The notes beneath the pieces are model-generated. The model saw nothing but the letters and a program-made list of their open reading frames with translations, was not told the origin of the DNA and did not search any database. The position numbers were made by a program, and so were the translations under genes. A stretch of 32,000 bases of DNA from Sulfolobus acidocaldarius DSM 639. GTDB lineage: Archaea; Thermoproteota; Thermoprotei_A; Sulfolobales; Sulfolobaceae. This document shows, one piece after another, positions 1 through 9,662 of this stretch (the stretch's first letter is position 1; the number at the start of each line of letters is the position of its first letter). The stretch is taken from assembly GCF_000012285.1 (NCBI RefSeq), contig NC_007181.1, forward strand, positions 90,001 through 122,000, in the 5' to 3' direction.

Positions 1-2
1 AA

Positions 3-632
3 TTGATTCCATATTTTAAGGAGAAATATCATGCTCAGAATGTTGTATTGATGGGCAAGTCTTCTGGTGGATATGGTGCTATGGTATTAGGCATGAAATA
101 TCCTAATATAATCTCGGGAATAGTTAACCATTCCGGCGATGCGTATTTCGAGTACATTTATATTCCAATGTTCCCTAAAGTTCTGAAGCACCTAAGGAAG
201 TTTAGCTCTCCAAAGGAATGGTTGAAGCATTTTTGGGAGAGGTCTGACAGGAAGAGAAAAGATCTACTTGATACGCTAACATTAGTTGCAATGTCTGCCT
301 TCTATTCTCCCCAGGATACGGATATATTGTTACCGTTTGAGTTAGAGACAGGAGAGATAAATTACAATATATGGAATATGTGGTTGGAAAAAGATCCTGT
401 TAGAATAGTGGATAAAATGTATGATAACCTGAGAAATCTTAAGTTGTTATACATAGATGTAGGGAATAAGGATGAATTCAAACTGGATATAGGTCTAAGG
501 ATATTGCATGAGAAATTAAACAAACATAGTGTAAATCACTTTTATGAAGAGTACGACGGTGGACATTTCAATATGAGTTTCAGATACGATATCTCTTTAT
601 CTTTAGTGTCAAGGGTGTTCAATAATAAATAA
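3..632 (+). CDS. Alpha/beta-hydrolase, esterase family (5' end cut by window edge)
   Basis: ORF is open to the window start. G-x-S-x-G nucleophile elbow in LMGKSSGGYGAM. C-terminal YDGGHF is a plausible triad His. Overall resembles the putative-esterase / enterochelin-esterase-like fold. Confidence 0.7.
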   Translation: MIPYFKEKYHAQNVVLMGKSSGGYGAMVLGMKYPNIISGIVNHSGDAYFEYIYIPMFPKVLKHLRKFSSPKEWLKHFWERSDRKRKDLLDTLTLVAMSAFYSPQDTDILLPFELETGEINYNIWNMWLEKDPVRIVDKMYDNLRNLKLLYIDVGNKDEFKLDIGLRILHEKLNKHSVNHFYEEYDGGHFNMSFRYDISLSLVSRVFNNK

Positions 633-952
633 ACACCATGTATCTACACTGAATATACAAACCGTGTTTGTCTATTTAGAGTAACTTTTATATATATAGA
701 AAATCTACTTGGAATATTAATTGCAAGATCTTTAGTGTAGTACCTAAGGTTTTATTAGTGCAAAAACATAAATGATCAACGTAGTAGTTTTAAGAAAAAT
801 CAAGGAGTTTATTTTTCACTTAAAAAGGAGATTAGAATAATTGTTCTTATGCATATACCTCAAATGACAAAATGGTCTCATTATGTATGGTTTATGGGTC
901 AAAATATGAGGTATTTGATAACCCTAGAAAGGAGCTCACAGTAAAATACGTT

Positions 953-1410
953 CTAGGTAAATTCGGTTAAACTTTTACACTCTCCTCCAAAGAATTCTTT
1001 CCAGTCTGAGCTAAAGTAAAACTTACAATCCACTTTTTCTCCTGCTAGGACTTTAGGTAACCATATCTTATCATCTTGCCACATTTCCTCGTACGGTGGT
1101 TCTTTGAGCCACATTGGTATACCTTCCTCACTTGCCCTTGGAATTCCCTCAAATTCTGTAACAAGATATACATGCATTAAATACTTTTCCTGACCGTAAA
1201 GAAATTCTATTTTACCTACTCTCTCTGACGAGAGGACTCTGATCCCCAACTCCTCGTAAAGTTCTCTTTCGACGCATTCTCTGGGTGTTTCTGTATCCCT
1301 TAATTTTCCTCCAGCTGAATTTATATAACCTGTTCCAATTCCTCTTAACTTTCTAATGAATAGAAAAAAATCTCCTCTTTTTACTACTCCTAAACATGTC
1401 TCCATGAATC

Positions 1411-1414
<4 letters not shown>
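953..1414 (-). CDS. Nudix hydrolase
   Basis: Nudix box G-x5-E-x7-REUxEExGU readable as [27 protein letters not shown] start overlaps the fumC stop (GTGA), implying co-transcription. An alternative ATG start lies 9 nt downstream (METCLG). Confidence 0.85.
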
Positions 1415-2736
<1,322 letters not shown>

Positions 2737-2845
2737 TAATCTAAAGGGAATATATCCTTTGTGTTAGTAAACAGACTAACCAGGATAGATGGTTTAAGGG
2801 TGGTTATCTAGTTAGGATTTTATTTTGATTAATTTATTACTATGA

Positions 2846-3445
2846 TTGATGGTAACAGTAAAACGTTTTGAGATTGGAGATTATTTCACCAACTCATATT
2901 TGGTCATCGAGGAAGATGATTCAATACTCATAGACGTGGGTGGAGACCCCTCTGAGATCTTAGAATATGTTAGAACTAATAATATTAATCTTAAGGCAAT
3001 ACTTGCAACACACGGGCATTTTGACCATGTTATTGGGGTTCCGTTAATTCAGAGACACTTTAAAGTTCCCTTCTACATGAATAGAAAGGACGAAATAATA
3101 TTAAGATACGACAGTAGAACTAGAGAAATTAATGTGGATGGTGACTTGAAAGAAGGTGTTATTAATTTTGGGAAAATTTTGGTTAAAGTTATTGAAACAC
3201 CAGGACATACACTTGGAAGCGTATCGTTTATGATTGAAGACAACTTATTTACAGGTGATACTTTATTTAACGAGAACATAGGGAGATACGATTTAGGTGG
3301 AGACAGGGAATACCTAAAGAAAAGTTTACGTAGGCTAATGGATCTAGAGGATTTGCTTAACGTTTATCCTGGGCACGGATTCATAACTACACTAGGTTAT
3401 GAAAAGCTAAATAATCCTTTCCTAAATGGTGAGATAGACTGGTAG
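2846..3445 (+). CDS. MBL-fold metallo-hydrolase (glyoxalase II-like)
   Basis: HxHxDH metal motif as THGHFDHV, followed by TPGHT and YPGHG histidine motifs. TTG at 2846 or ATG at 2849 as start. Confidence 0.85.
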   Translation: MMVTVKRFEIGDYFTNSYLVIEEDDSILIDVGGDPSEILEYVRTNNINLKAILATHGHFDHVIGVPLIQRHFKVPFYMNRKDEIILRYDSRTREINVDGDLKEGVINFGKILVKVIETPGHTLGSVSFMIEDNLFTGDTLFNENIGRYDLGGDREYLKKSLRRLMDLEDLLNVYPGHGFITTLGYEKLNNPFLNGEIDW

Positions 3446-3481
3446 GATTAAGTTTAAATTTCATTCTATTCATTTAGTTTT

Positions 3482-4768
3482 GTGTTTCCAGGAGTATTTG
3501 AGCATTTACTGTATCAGTATACTTCAGCGATTCTCAGTGTTGGTTTCCTTATATTCAACGGTCTATTTGCTGTAATATATAATCCTAAAAAAGTTGTAGG
3601 AATTAAAGGTGACCCTGATTACACTTTTACAGATATAACTGTACTCATTCCTGTGTATAATGAAGTAGAGGACATATTTAGAAAAGTGATCAAGTCAGTT
3701 TCTAGTATGGGTTTAAAGTTCGTAGTAGTAGGAGATGGAGTTGATCAGCCATATAGGGCAATTACAGAACAGAACGGCGGTATTTTTATACGATTGGAAG
3801 AAAGAAGGGGAAAGAGATTTGCGTTATCGGAAGGCATGAGATATATAGATACAAGGCTGGTGTTATTGCTCGATAGCGATACTTTCATAGATAAAAGATC
3901 GTTGGAAAGGATGCTAAGCTATATGGCAGAAGACGTAGGTGGTGTCTCACCTAGCATAAGGGTCTGGAACAATGGAAAGATATCATACTATTATGCTAAT
4001 TTTTATGAGATTATGAGCGAAATAGTGAATAGAGCTACAAGTTATTTTGGAAGAACTATAATTCTCAGCGGGCAATGTGTATTATATAAAACGTCAGCCA
4101 TAAGGAACTATGTGATGTCGAACGATTTCACTAGTTCTAAGATATTCAATATTTCTTTGAAGATATCTGATGATAGAGATTTAACGGAGTATATTATAGA
4201 AAGAGGGTACAAGGCGATAAAAGCAATTGATGCAATTGCATATACGAAACCTCCAGAAAATTTATCACAGTTTGTTAAACAGGTAGTAAGGTGGACTAGA
4301 GCAAACTATCTGTTCTTCCTGCGATCATTGAGGGATGGAAGTTTAAGTCTCAGGGGAAATCTATACGTATTCGACATCATATATATGAATTTTCTGCCTA
4401 TCTTGGTGATATTCTCCCTAATTCCTCTTCAATATCCTCGTTTTGATATATTTAACACACTTTCAGCCTCAATTACCTCTCTAGAAAGATTGGATATTTT
4501 CCAATTAATTTTAGGTATCCCCATCAGAGCACATTTACCTCCCTTTGATTTCGTTCTTGTATTTATTTTACCGAGAGTACTGAGTATTATAGGTGGTGTA
4601 ACATTTCTATTGGTTATGATAAAAATTATGGAAAAAGAAAGGGGGAAAACTTTGATGTATGGTGTTATAGCATTAATTGTTCAGTCGTTGGCATCGTTCT
4701 ATTCCATAGCTAGTATGTGGAAACAGAGTTGGTCTTCTAGAGAGAAAAATCGTAAATCTAAGAAATGA
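3482..4768 (+). CDS. Membrane-embedded processive family-2 glycosyltransferase (hyaluronan synthase / NodC / chitin synthase-like)
   Basis: N-terminal TM helix, VLIPVYNE start of the GT-A fold and a DSD (DxD) motif in LLLDSDTF. SDDRDLT resembles the GDDRHLT/GEDRxLT block of HAS/NodC. QVVRW is an exact Q-x-x-R-W processivity motif. Several C-terminal TM helices. Confidence 0.8.
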   Translation: MFPGVFEHLLYQYTSAILSVGFLIFNGLFAVIYNPKKVVGIKGDPDYTFTDITVLIPVYNEVEDIFRKVIKSVSSMGLKFVVVGDGVDQPYRAITEQNGGIFIRLEERRGKRFALSEGMRYIDTRLVLLLDSDTFIDKRSLERMLSYMAEDVGGVSPSIRVWNNGKISYYYANFYEIMSEIVNRATSYFGRTIILSGQCVLYKTSAIRNYVMSNDFTSSKIFNISLKISDDRDLTEYIIERGYKAIKAIDAIAYTKPPENLSQFVKQVVRWTRANYLFFLRSLRDGSLSLRGNLYVFDIIYMNFLPILVIFSLIPLQYPRFDIFNTLSASITSLERLDIFQLILGIPIRAHLPPFDFVLVFILPRVLSIIGGVTFLLVMIKIMEKERGKTLMYGVIALIVQSLASFYSIASMWKQSWSSREKNRKSKK

Positions 4769-4859
4769 ATCCAAATCTTGCTCAATTTTAATGTCTTGTG
4801 GTTTTGTTTCAGTATTTTTAGTACTAATTCTTTTAACTTAAGGTACGTCCAGAATTAGT

Positions 4860-7319
4860 GTGGGGAAGTCACCATTCATTATGTTTTTGGTAATTGCTAT
4901 CATACTTTCGCCGATAGTGCTGATGATTCAAAACAATTTCGTATACTCAGACTCTCCCTTCTTAACACCTCAATATTCCAGTGTAAGAGTTGATCAAATT
5001 TTAGTTAAAGATTTTAATTACTCGTCAAATGATAACATTTACATAATAGCGTCAGGAAATTATTCACAGATATTAGATAAACTAAACAACTCATTGCACT
5101 ACCTCTCTCCCGACTCCAAATTAATTACACCATATGAATACCTTAAAATGTTTAATGAAACATTACAAAATTATTCTAAACCGTTAATAGAGGAAATTTA
5201 CAATAAAATATTGCCACTCCACTATCTATATGGAAATCTTACCTTTGAGAAGTTGATTATTCTATCGAACTTCACGTATTTCATGTACCAATTGAACGTA
5301 TCTTATGGAATTCCTCAAGGAAAATTTAACTCTAGTAGTACCCAGGCAGTACTCTTTAAGCAAATCTTTTTCGCACAGCCTGGTTCATTGCTTGAAAAAG
5401 CCAGGAATGCTAGTCTATATGTTTTCCGTGATCCCTTTATATTATTATTTTCTTTCATGAACTATAGTAACACATCACTTGCTTACAGGACTATTATGAA
5501 TTTCAGTAATTACTCATATCTTATTTACTTATTGACAGGTAAAAGTATACCTGAGGTTGCCCTAGAAAACCCTTATGTGTATTCAGAGAAGTTAGTTTAC
5601 AGTAAAGTCAACACTTCAGGTTTATCTATTTCTAATTTTCATAAGGGTGATCAGTGGTTATTTATAGTACAAGTTCCGTCAAACGAAAGTTTACAGAATA
5701 TTGAAAACTTTATCTCCAGCATTAATTACACAGTTACCGGTCACCTACCAGTTTATGCAGATTCTGCATCAACCACGGAGTCAGATTTACGGGTAATTGA
5801 TATTGTAACTATTTTACTGGTCGCAATTCTCTTATCTGTTTTAATTAGGGCATTAGTACCGATAATCCTCCTCATTATCAGTGCGGTTATAGGTTTAGAA
5901 ATAGCATACACTGCATTATACATATCCACCTTTCTAGGTTATTCCATATACTATATTTCTGGTCTGGTTATTCCACCAATAGTGTTTGGGATTACCATAG
6001 ATTACTCAGTACTATTTTTATATAGATATTTTGAGGAGGTATCCAAAGGCAGTACGTTTCCATTAGATAAAGCTTATAGGAATGCTAGAAGAGCAATTCT
6101 CTTCAGTGGATTAAGTATAGGCTTAGGTTTCTTATCATTTCTTATATCTCCTTCTCCTTTGCTTAAAAATATAGGAATAGCATTAGTTATAGCTAGCTTA
6201 TCTGCACTAATCCCGTCTATTCTCTTTATGAAGAGTTCTCTAAGTGTAGTGTCCATCAAGTACTTGAAGTTTCCTAGAAAGCAATTACCAAGTTCTATTG
6301 ATATAAGACAACAGTACCTTTCTAAGGTAAGTAGAAAATCAATAAACTATCGATATATTGTATTAGCCTCAATGATTCTTATTGCAATATTCAGTTATTT
6401 CGTTTTTATTCACGGGAGTACGAATGGTGACATAAGTGAGATCGTATCACCAAACAGCAAAGTGTTAGTGGGAGAAAAAGAGTTAAATAATTTCTTCAAT
6501 TACAGCGTGGATTACGTTATAATAAGAGGGAACCCAAATCAGTCATACAGTCAAATCTACAGCCTATCTAAATATGTAATAGATAAAGGTGGCTTCGTAA
6601 TAGGACCAGCTGGTATAGGTAGAACTCTCTTAAATACTACCACAGAATTGACTAACTTCTTCTTTGCAGGCAATTACACACTTGTTGAGATTTATATCTC
6701 ATCTCCTGTGTTCAGTAATCAAGCCATAAATTTCACTGAAAACCTTATAAAGATGGGTTACCTTGTGGGAGGAGCTAATGCGGAGAGGGTAGATATAATT
6801 GATAATACCGTATCGATTTACTATAGCTTCGTACTACCTGTAACTATATTAATTATCACACTTTATCTTGGTCTTGTTTTAGGTTCTATCATAGTTCCAA
6901 TAAGGCTTTCACTAACACTCCTCCTAAGTTCATTATTTGGTGTTGCTCTACTCCACATAATATTTGGTAGTGTGTATTGGTTATCTCCACTCATAGTCTT
7001 TGCAATAATGTATAGTTTAGGTATTGACTACGATATGTTCATAATAGTCAGGATCCTAGAGGAAGAGGGTAATGAAGAGGAACGTATTGTTAAAAGTGTG
7101 GAAAGTACTGGTCTTGCGGTTACTGCTGCAGGTCTCATTTTAGCAGGTGCGTTTATGTCCTTAGTTGTGTCAAATATGAGATTCTTACAGGAGATTGGTC
7201 TAGCGGTTGGTTTAACTATATTATTTGACACCTTTATAGTAAGACCGATACTTGTACCAGCAGTTATGAGTATACTTAAAAAATATAATTGGTGGCCAAA
7301 AACTAAAACCAAGAGCTAA
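4860..7319 (+). CDS. MMPL/RND-superfamily membrane transporter
   Basis: 819 aa with two repeated modules, each a large extracytoplasmic loop followed by a 5-6 helix bundle. Conserved MMPL-like GIDYxxF blocks (GITIDYSVLF, GIDYDMFI). GTG start. Confidence 0.8.
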   Translation: MGKSPFIMFLVIAIILSPIVLMIQNNFVYSDSPFLTPQYSSVRVDQILVKDFNYSSNDNIYIIASGNYSQILDKLNNSLHYLSPDSKLITPYEYLKMFNETLQNYSKPLIEEIYNKILPLHYLYGNLTFEKLIILSNFTYFMYQLNVSYGIPQGKFNSSSTQAVLFKQIFFAQPGSLLEKARNASLYVFRDPFILLFSFMNYSNTSLAYRTIMNFSNYSYLIYLLTGKSIPEVALENPYVYSEKLVYSKVNTSGLSISNFHKGDQWLFIVQVPSNESLQNIENFISSINYTVTGHLPVYADSASTTESDLRVIDIVTILLVAILLSVLIRALVPIILLIISAVIGLEIAYTALYISTFLGYSIYYISGLVIPPIVFGITIDYSVLFLYRYFEEVSKGSTFPLDKAYRNARRAILFSGLSIGLGFLSFLISPSPLLKNIGIALVIASLSALIPSILFMKSSLSVVSIKYLKFPRKQLPSSIDIRQQYLSKVSRKSINYRYIVLASMILIAIFSYFVFIHGSTNGDISEIVSPNSKVLVGEKELNNFFNYSVDYVIIRGNPNQSYSQIYSLSKYVIDKGGFVIGPAGIGRTLLNTTTELTNFFFAGNYTLVEIYISSPVFSNQAINFTENLIKMGYLVGGANAERVDIIDNTVSIYYSFVLPVTILIITLYLGLVLGSIIVPIRLSLTLLLSSLFGVALLHIIFGSVYWLSPLIVFAIMYSLGIDYDMFIIVRILEEEGNEEERIVKSVESTGLAVTAAGLILAGAFMSLVVSNMRFLQEIGLAVGLTILFDTFIVRPILVPAVMSILKKYNWWPKTKTKS

Positions 7320-7380
7320 AACTTGTGATGAGCCTTACAAGGGCTGAGCTATGATGTCCTGGATCCTTGCTGATAGTTTT
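7318..7380 (+). ncRNA. C/D box sRNA (2'-O-methylation guide)
   Basis: C box GUGAUGA at 7325-7331, then a 12-nt guide GCCUUACAAGGG. D' box CUGA at 7344-7347, then a 3-nt linker. C' box AUGAUGU at 7351-7357, then a 12-nt guide CCUGGAUCCUUG. D box CUGA at 7370-7373. A 6-bp terminal stem (AAAACU 7318-7323 / AGUUUU 7375-7380) lies 1 nt outside the C and D boxes. Confidence 0.8.
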
Positions 7381-7396
7381 AATTTTTAGCCGAATA

Positions 7397-9625
7397 TTGT
7401 ATATTGGATTGATAAATACTATCAATTTTAATGAGGAATTTAGAAAAGCTTCAAACTACAACTATAGGCTTTTGAGCATTCATCTAGGTAATTGGGAAAA
7501 ATCGACATTCGATTTGTTACGGGTTTATAAGGAATTCAGGGAACCTGAGAAAGCATTGTATGCTTTTCACCCTTGGATAGAAGGTGCGAAAGATAGATTC
7601 TTTAAATTCAAGAAATATATCCCCAATCTCCTTGACCTGGATTACAGTAACTACGGCAAGATATTGGGAGGAACATATGATGTGGTCATATTAGACTTAA
7701 TGGATGACTTTAGACCCAATTATATTTCCGCACTTGTGGATTTAGTGAGGGGAGGAGGTTTAATAATAATGTACTCCGATGATCTCCAAAGAAACAAGCT
7801 TTACAAGAACTCCATCCAGAGGAACGGCATTGTGGACAATTATTTTGAGGAGAGGTTTCTTAGAATGGCTAAGTCTTATCCTGGGGTATTTCTCTTCGTC
7901 AACGATAACCTGGAAAGCTTTAACACATTTAAGACGGAGCAGCTTTCTATTATTAATTCCAAGTTAAATCCTAGAAAATCTATTATTAATTCTAAGTTAT
8001 ATAGCCTATGTTTGACCGATGATCAGGCGAAGGTCTTAGACGAGTCTCTGTTTATCTTGGAAGATGGAAGAAGAGTGTTAACCATCACTGCTCCAAGGGG
8101 AAGGGGTAAAAGCTCTTCTATAGGTTTATTCCTCTCACATTTGAGTACTCTTAACATCTCTTTAGATATCATTATAACTTCTCCTTCGTATTATTCCTCG
8201 ATAGAAATTATTTCTTTTCTGATAAAGGGTTTGGATCAGTTAGGTAAAAGATATTCCATAACTAGGTCTAGAGATGGCAAAGTAATGGGTATCATGTCTG
8301 GAGCTTTAAGAGTGAAATGGTTAGCCCCAGATGTGGCAAAAGATTATCAAGGAGATATAATAGTAGTAGACGAAGCCGCATCAATAGGCACTGAGACTTT
8401 AGATTATATAGTTAGAAGTTGGGAGAAAGTAATTCTCGTGACCACAATTCACGGATATGAGGGTACGGGCAAAGCCTTCTTAAAGTATCTTAATGGTCTT
8501 AGAGAGGATAAAAGTATAAAGTTTAAACATGTGACTTTAGAGAAACCTATAAGGTATGCTAAGGGAGACCCGATAGAGAGATTTATTTATGACGTTATGC
8601 TTCTAGATGCAGAACCTAAAAAAGAGAATGAAAACTTAGAATTCACAGAAATCGATAGAAAAGAACTATTTGAAAAGGATCATCTATTAAGGCAGGTTTA
8701 CGGAATTCTTGTCTCTGCACATTATAGGAATTCCCCAGACGACCTAATGATACTAGGAGATCATCATTTTCAACGTATTTTCTCATTAGGAAAGATTGCA
8801 GTTGCACAGGTTATAGAAGAGGGTGCACTGGAGAAAGGAGAAATAGATAGAATTTTGAATGGTAGTGGATTAGAAGGACATCTAATTCCTTATAAGCTTA
8901 CGCTATATGAGAGACTTCAGGAATTTGGAAAGTATAAGGGTTGGCGTATAATGAGAATTGCGGTTCAACCAGATGTTCAAAACAAGGGATTTGGTAGTAA
9001 ATTATTGAGGAGTGTGGTGGAGAGAGGTAAAAGAGAGGGTATTGATTGGATAGGCGCATCCTTTGTGGCTGATTATAGAGTAGTGAACTTCTGGCTTAAT
9101 AATGGTTTCACTCCTGTACATTTATCTAACAGAAAAAATGAAGGTCTTAACGGATATTCTATCGTAGTACTTAAAGCACTGAATGAGGCTATAGAGCCTA
9201 TAATTAACAGATTATCAGTATTACTCAGGTTTAAGATTTTGCATACAGCTCACCAGTTATACTTTAACGTTAATCCTCTTTTGCTCTCAAAAATCCTGAG
9301 GGGGACTAATATTGACAGTAAATCGTCTAACTATCCTGTAAGTTTCCCCAAGGAGTATTGTTATAAAATAGAATCCTATTTGAAGGGAATACTGGAATAT
9401 AATAGTGTTGCAGATGGAATTCACGCTGTTACTCAGTATTATTTTCTTTATCCAGATCACTTCTTGGAAGAAAGAGAGGAAGCAGTTTTAATAGCTAGGA
9501 CACTTCAGGGCAAAAGCTGGCATCATATTTCATTAAGTACTGGAATAGACAGGAGAGTAGTTGAAGAATACATGAGATCTTCTATAGACAAGATATATAT
9601 GAAATATTGTGATAGAGTGTTGTGA
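7397..9625 (+). CDS. tmcA: tRNA(Met) cytidine acetyltransferase (Nat10/TmcA family)
   Basis: Helicase-type Walker A APRGRGKSS and Walker B VVDEAA. GNAT acetyl-CoA motif RIAVQPDVQNKGFGSKLL. The longest ORF starts at TTG 7367, which lies inside the C/D sRNA. In-frame TTG codons at 7397 and 7409 are the first starts clear of the sRNA; the true start is uncertain. Confidence 0.85.
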   Translation: MYIGLINTINFNEEFRKASNYNYRLLSIHLGNWEKSTFDLLRVYKEFREPEKALYAFHPWIEGAKDRFFKFKKYIPNLLDLDYSNYGKILGGTYDVVILDLMDDFRPNYISALVDLVRGGGLIIMYSDDLQRNKLYKNSIQRNGIVDNYFEERFLRMAKSYPGVFLFVNDNLESFNTFKTEQLSIINSKLNPRKSIINSKLYSLCLTDDQAKVLDESLFILEDGRRVLTITAPRGRGKSSSIGLFLSHLSTLNISLDIIITSPSYYSSIEIISFLIKGLDQLGKRYSITRSRDGKVMGIMSGALRVKWLAPDVAKDYQGDIIVVDEAASIGTETLDYIVRSWEKVILVTTIHGYEGTGKAFLKYLNGLREDKSIKFKHVTLEKPIRYAKGDPIERFIYDVMLLDAEPKKENENLEFTEIDRKELFEKDHLLRQVYGILVSAHYRNSPDDLMILGDHHFQRIFSLGKIAVAQVIEEGALEKGEIDRILNGSGLEGHLIPYKLTLYERLQEFGKYKGWRIMRIAVQPDVQNKGFGSKLLRSVVERGKREGIDWIGASFVADYRVVNFWLNNGFTPVHLSNRKNEGLNGYSIVVLKALNEAIEPIINRLSVLLRFKILHTAHQLYFNVNPLLLSKILRGTNIDSKSSNYPVSFPKEYCYKIESYLKGILEYNSVADGIHAVTQYYFLYPDHFLEEREEAVLIARTLQGKSWHHISLSTGIDRRVVEEYMRSSIDKIYMKYCDRVL

Positions 9626-9662
9626 TAAGATTTATTTCATTCTGAAGTGATATTAAGTCTCA

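Noticed and set aside
849-944. 31-codon ORF (MHIPQMTKWSHYVWFMGQNMRYLITLERSSQ) in the 320-bp gap after the esterase gene
   Set aside because: Too short, with no SD or TATA at a convincing distance and no recognisable motif. It cannot be supported from sequence alone.
3073-3279. 68-aa minus-strand ORF inside the MBL-fold hydrolase gene
   Set aside because: Antisense shadow ORF within a gene with clear metal-binding motifs.
6074-7312. Two minus-strand ORFs (6074-6259, 7028-7312) inside the MMPL gene
   Set aside because: Antisense to a continuous 819-aa transporter ORF. No motifs. Typical of AT-rich shadow frames.
7779-7967. 62-aa alternative-frame plus-strand ORF inside tmcA
   Set aside because: Out-of-frame overlap with a well-supported gene. 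R/S/L-rich, non-protein-like sequence.
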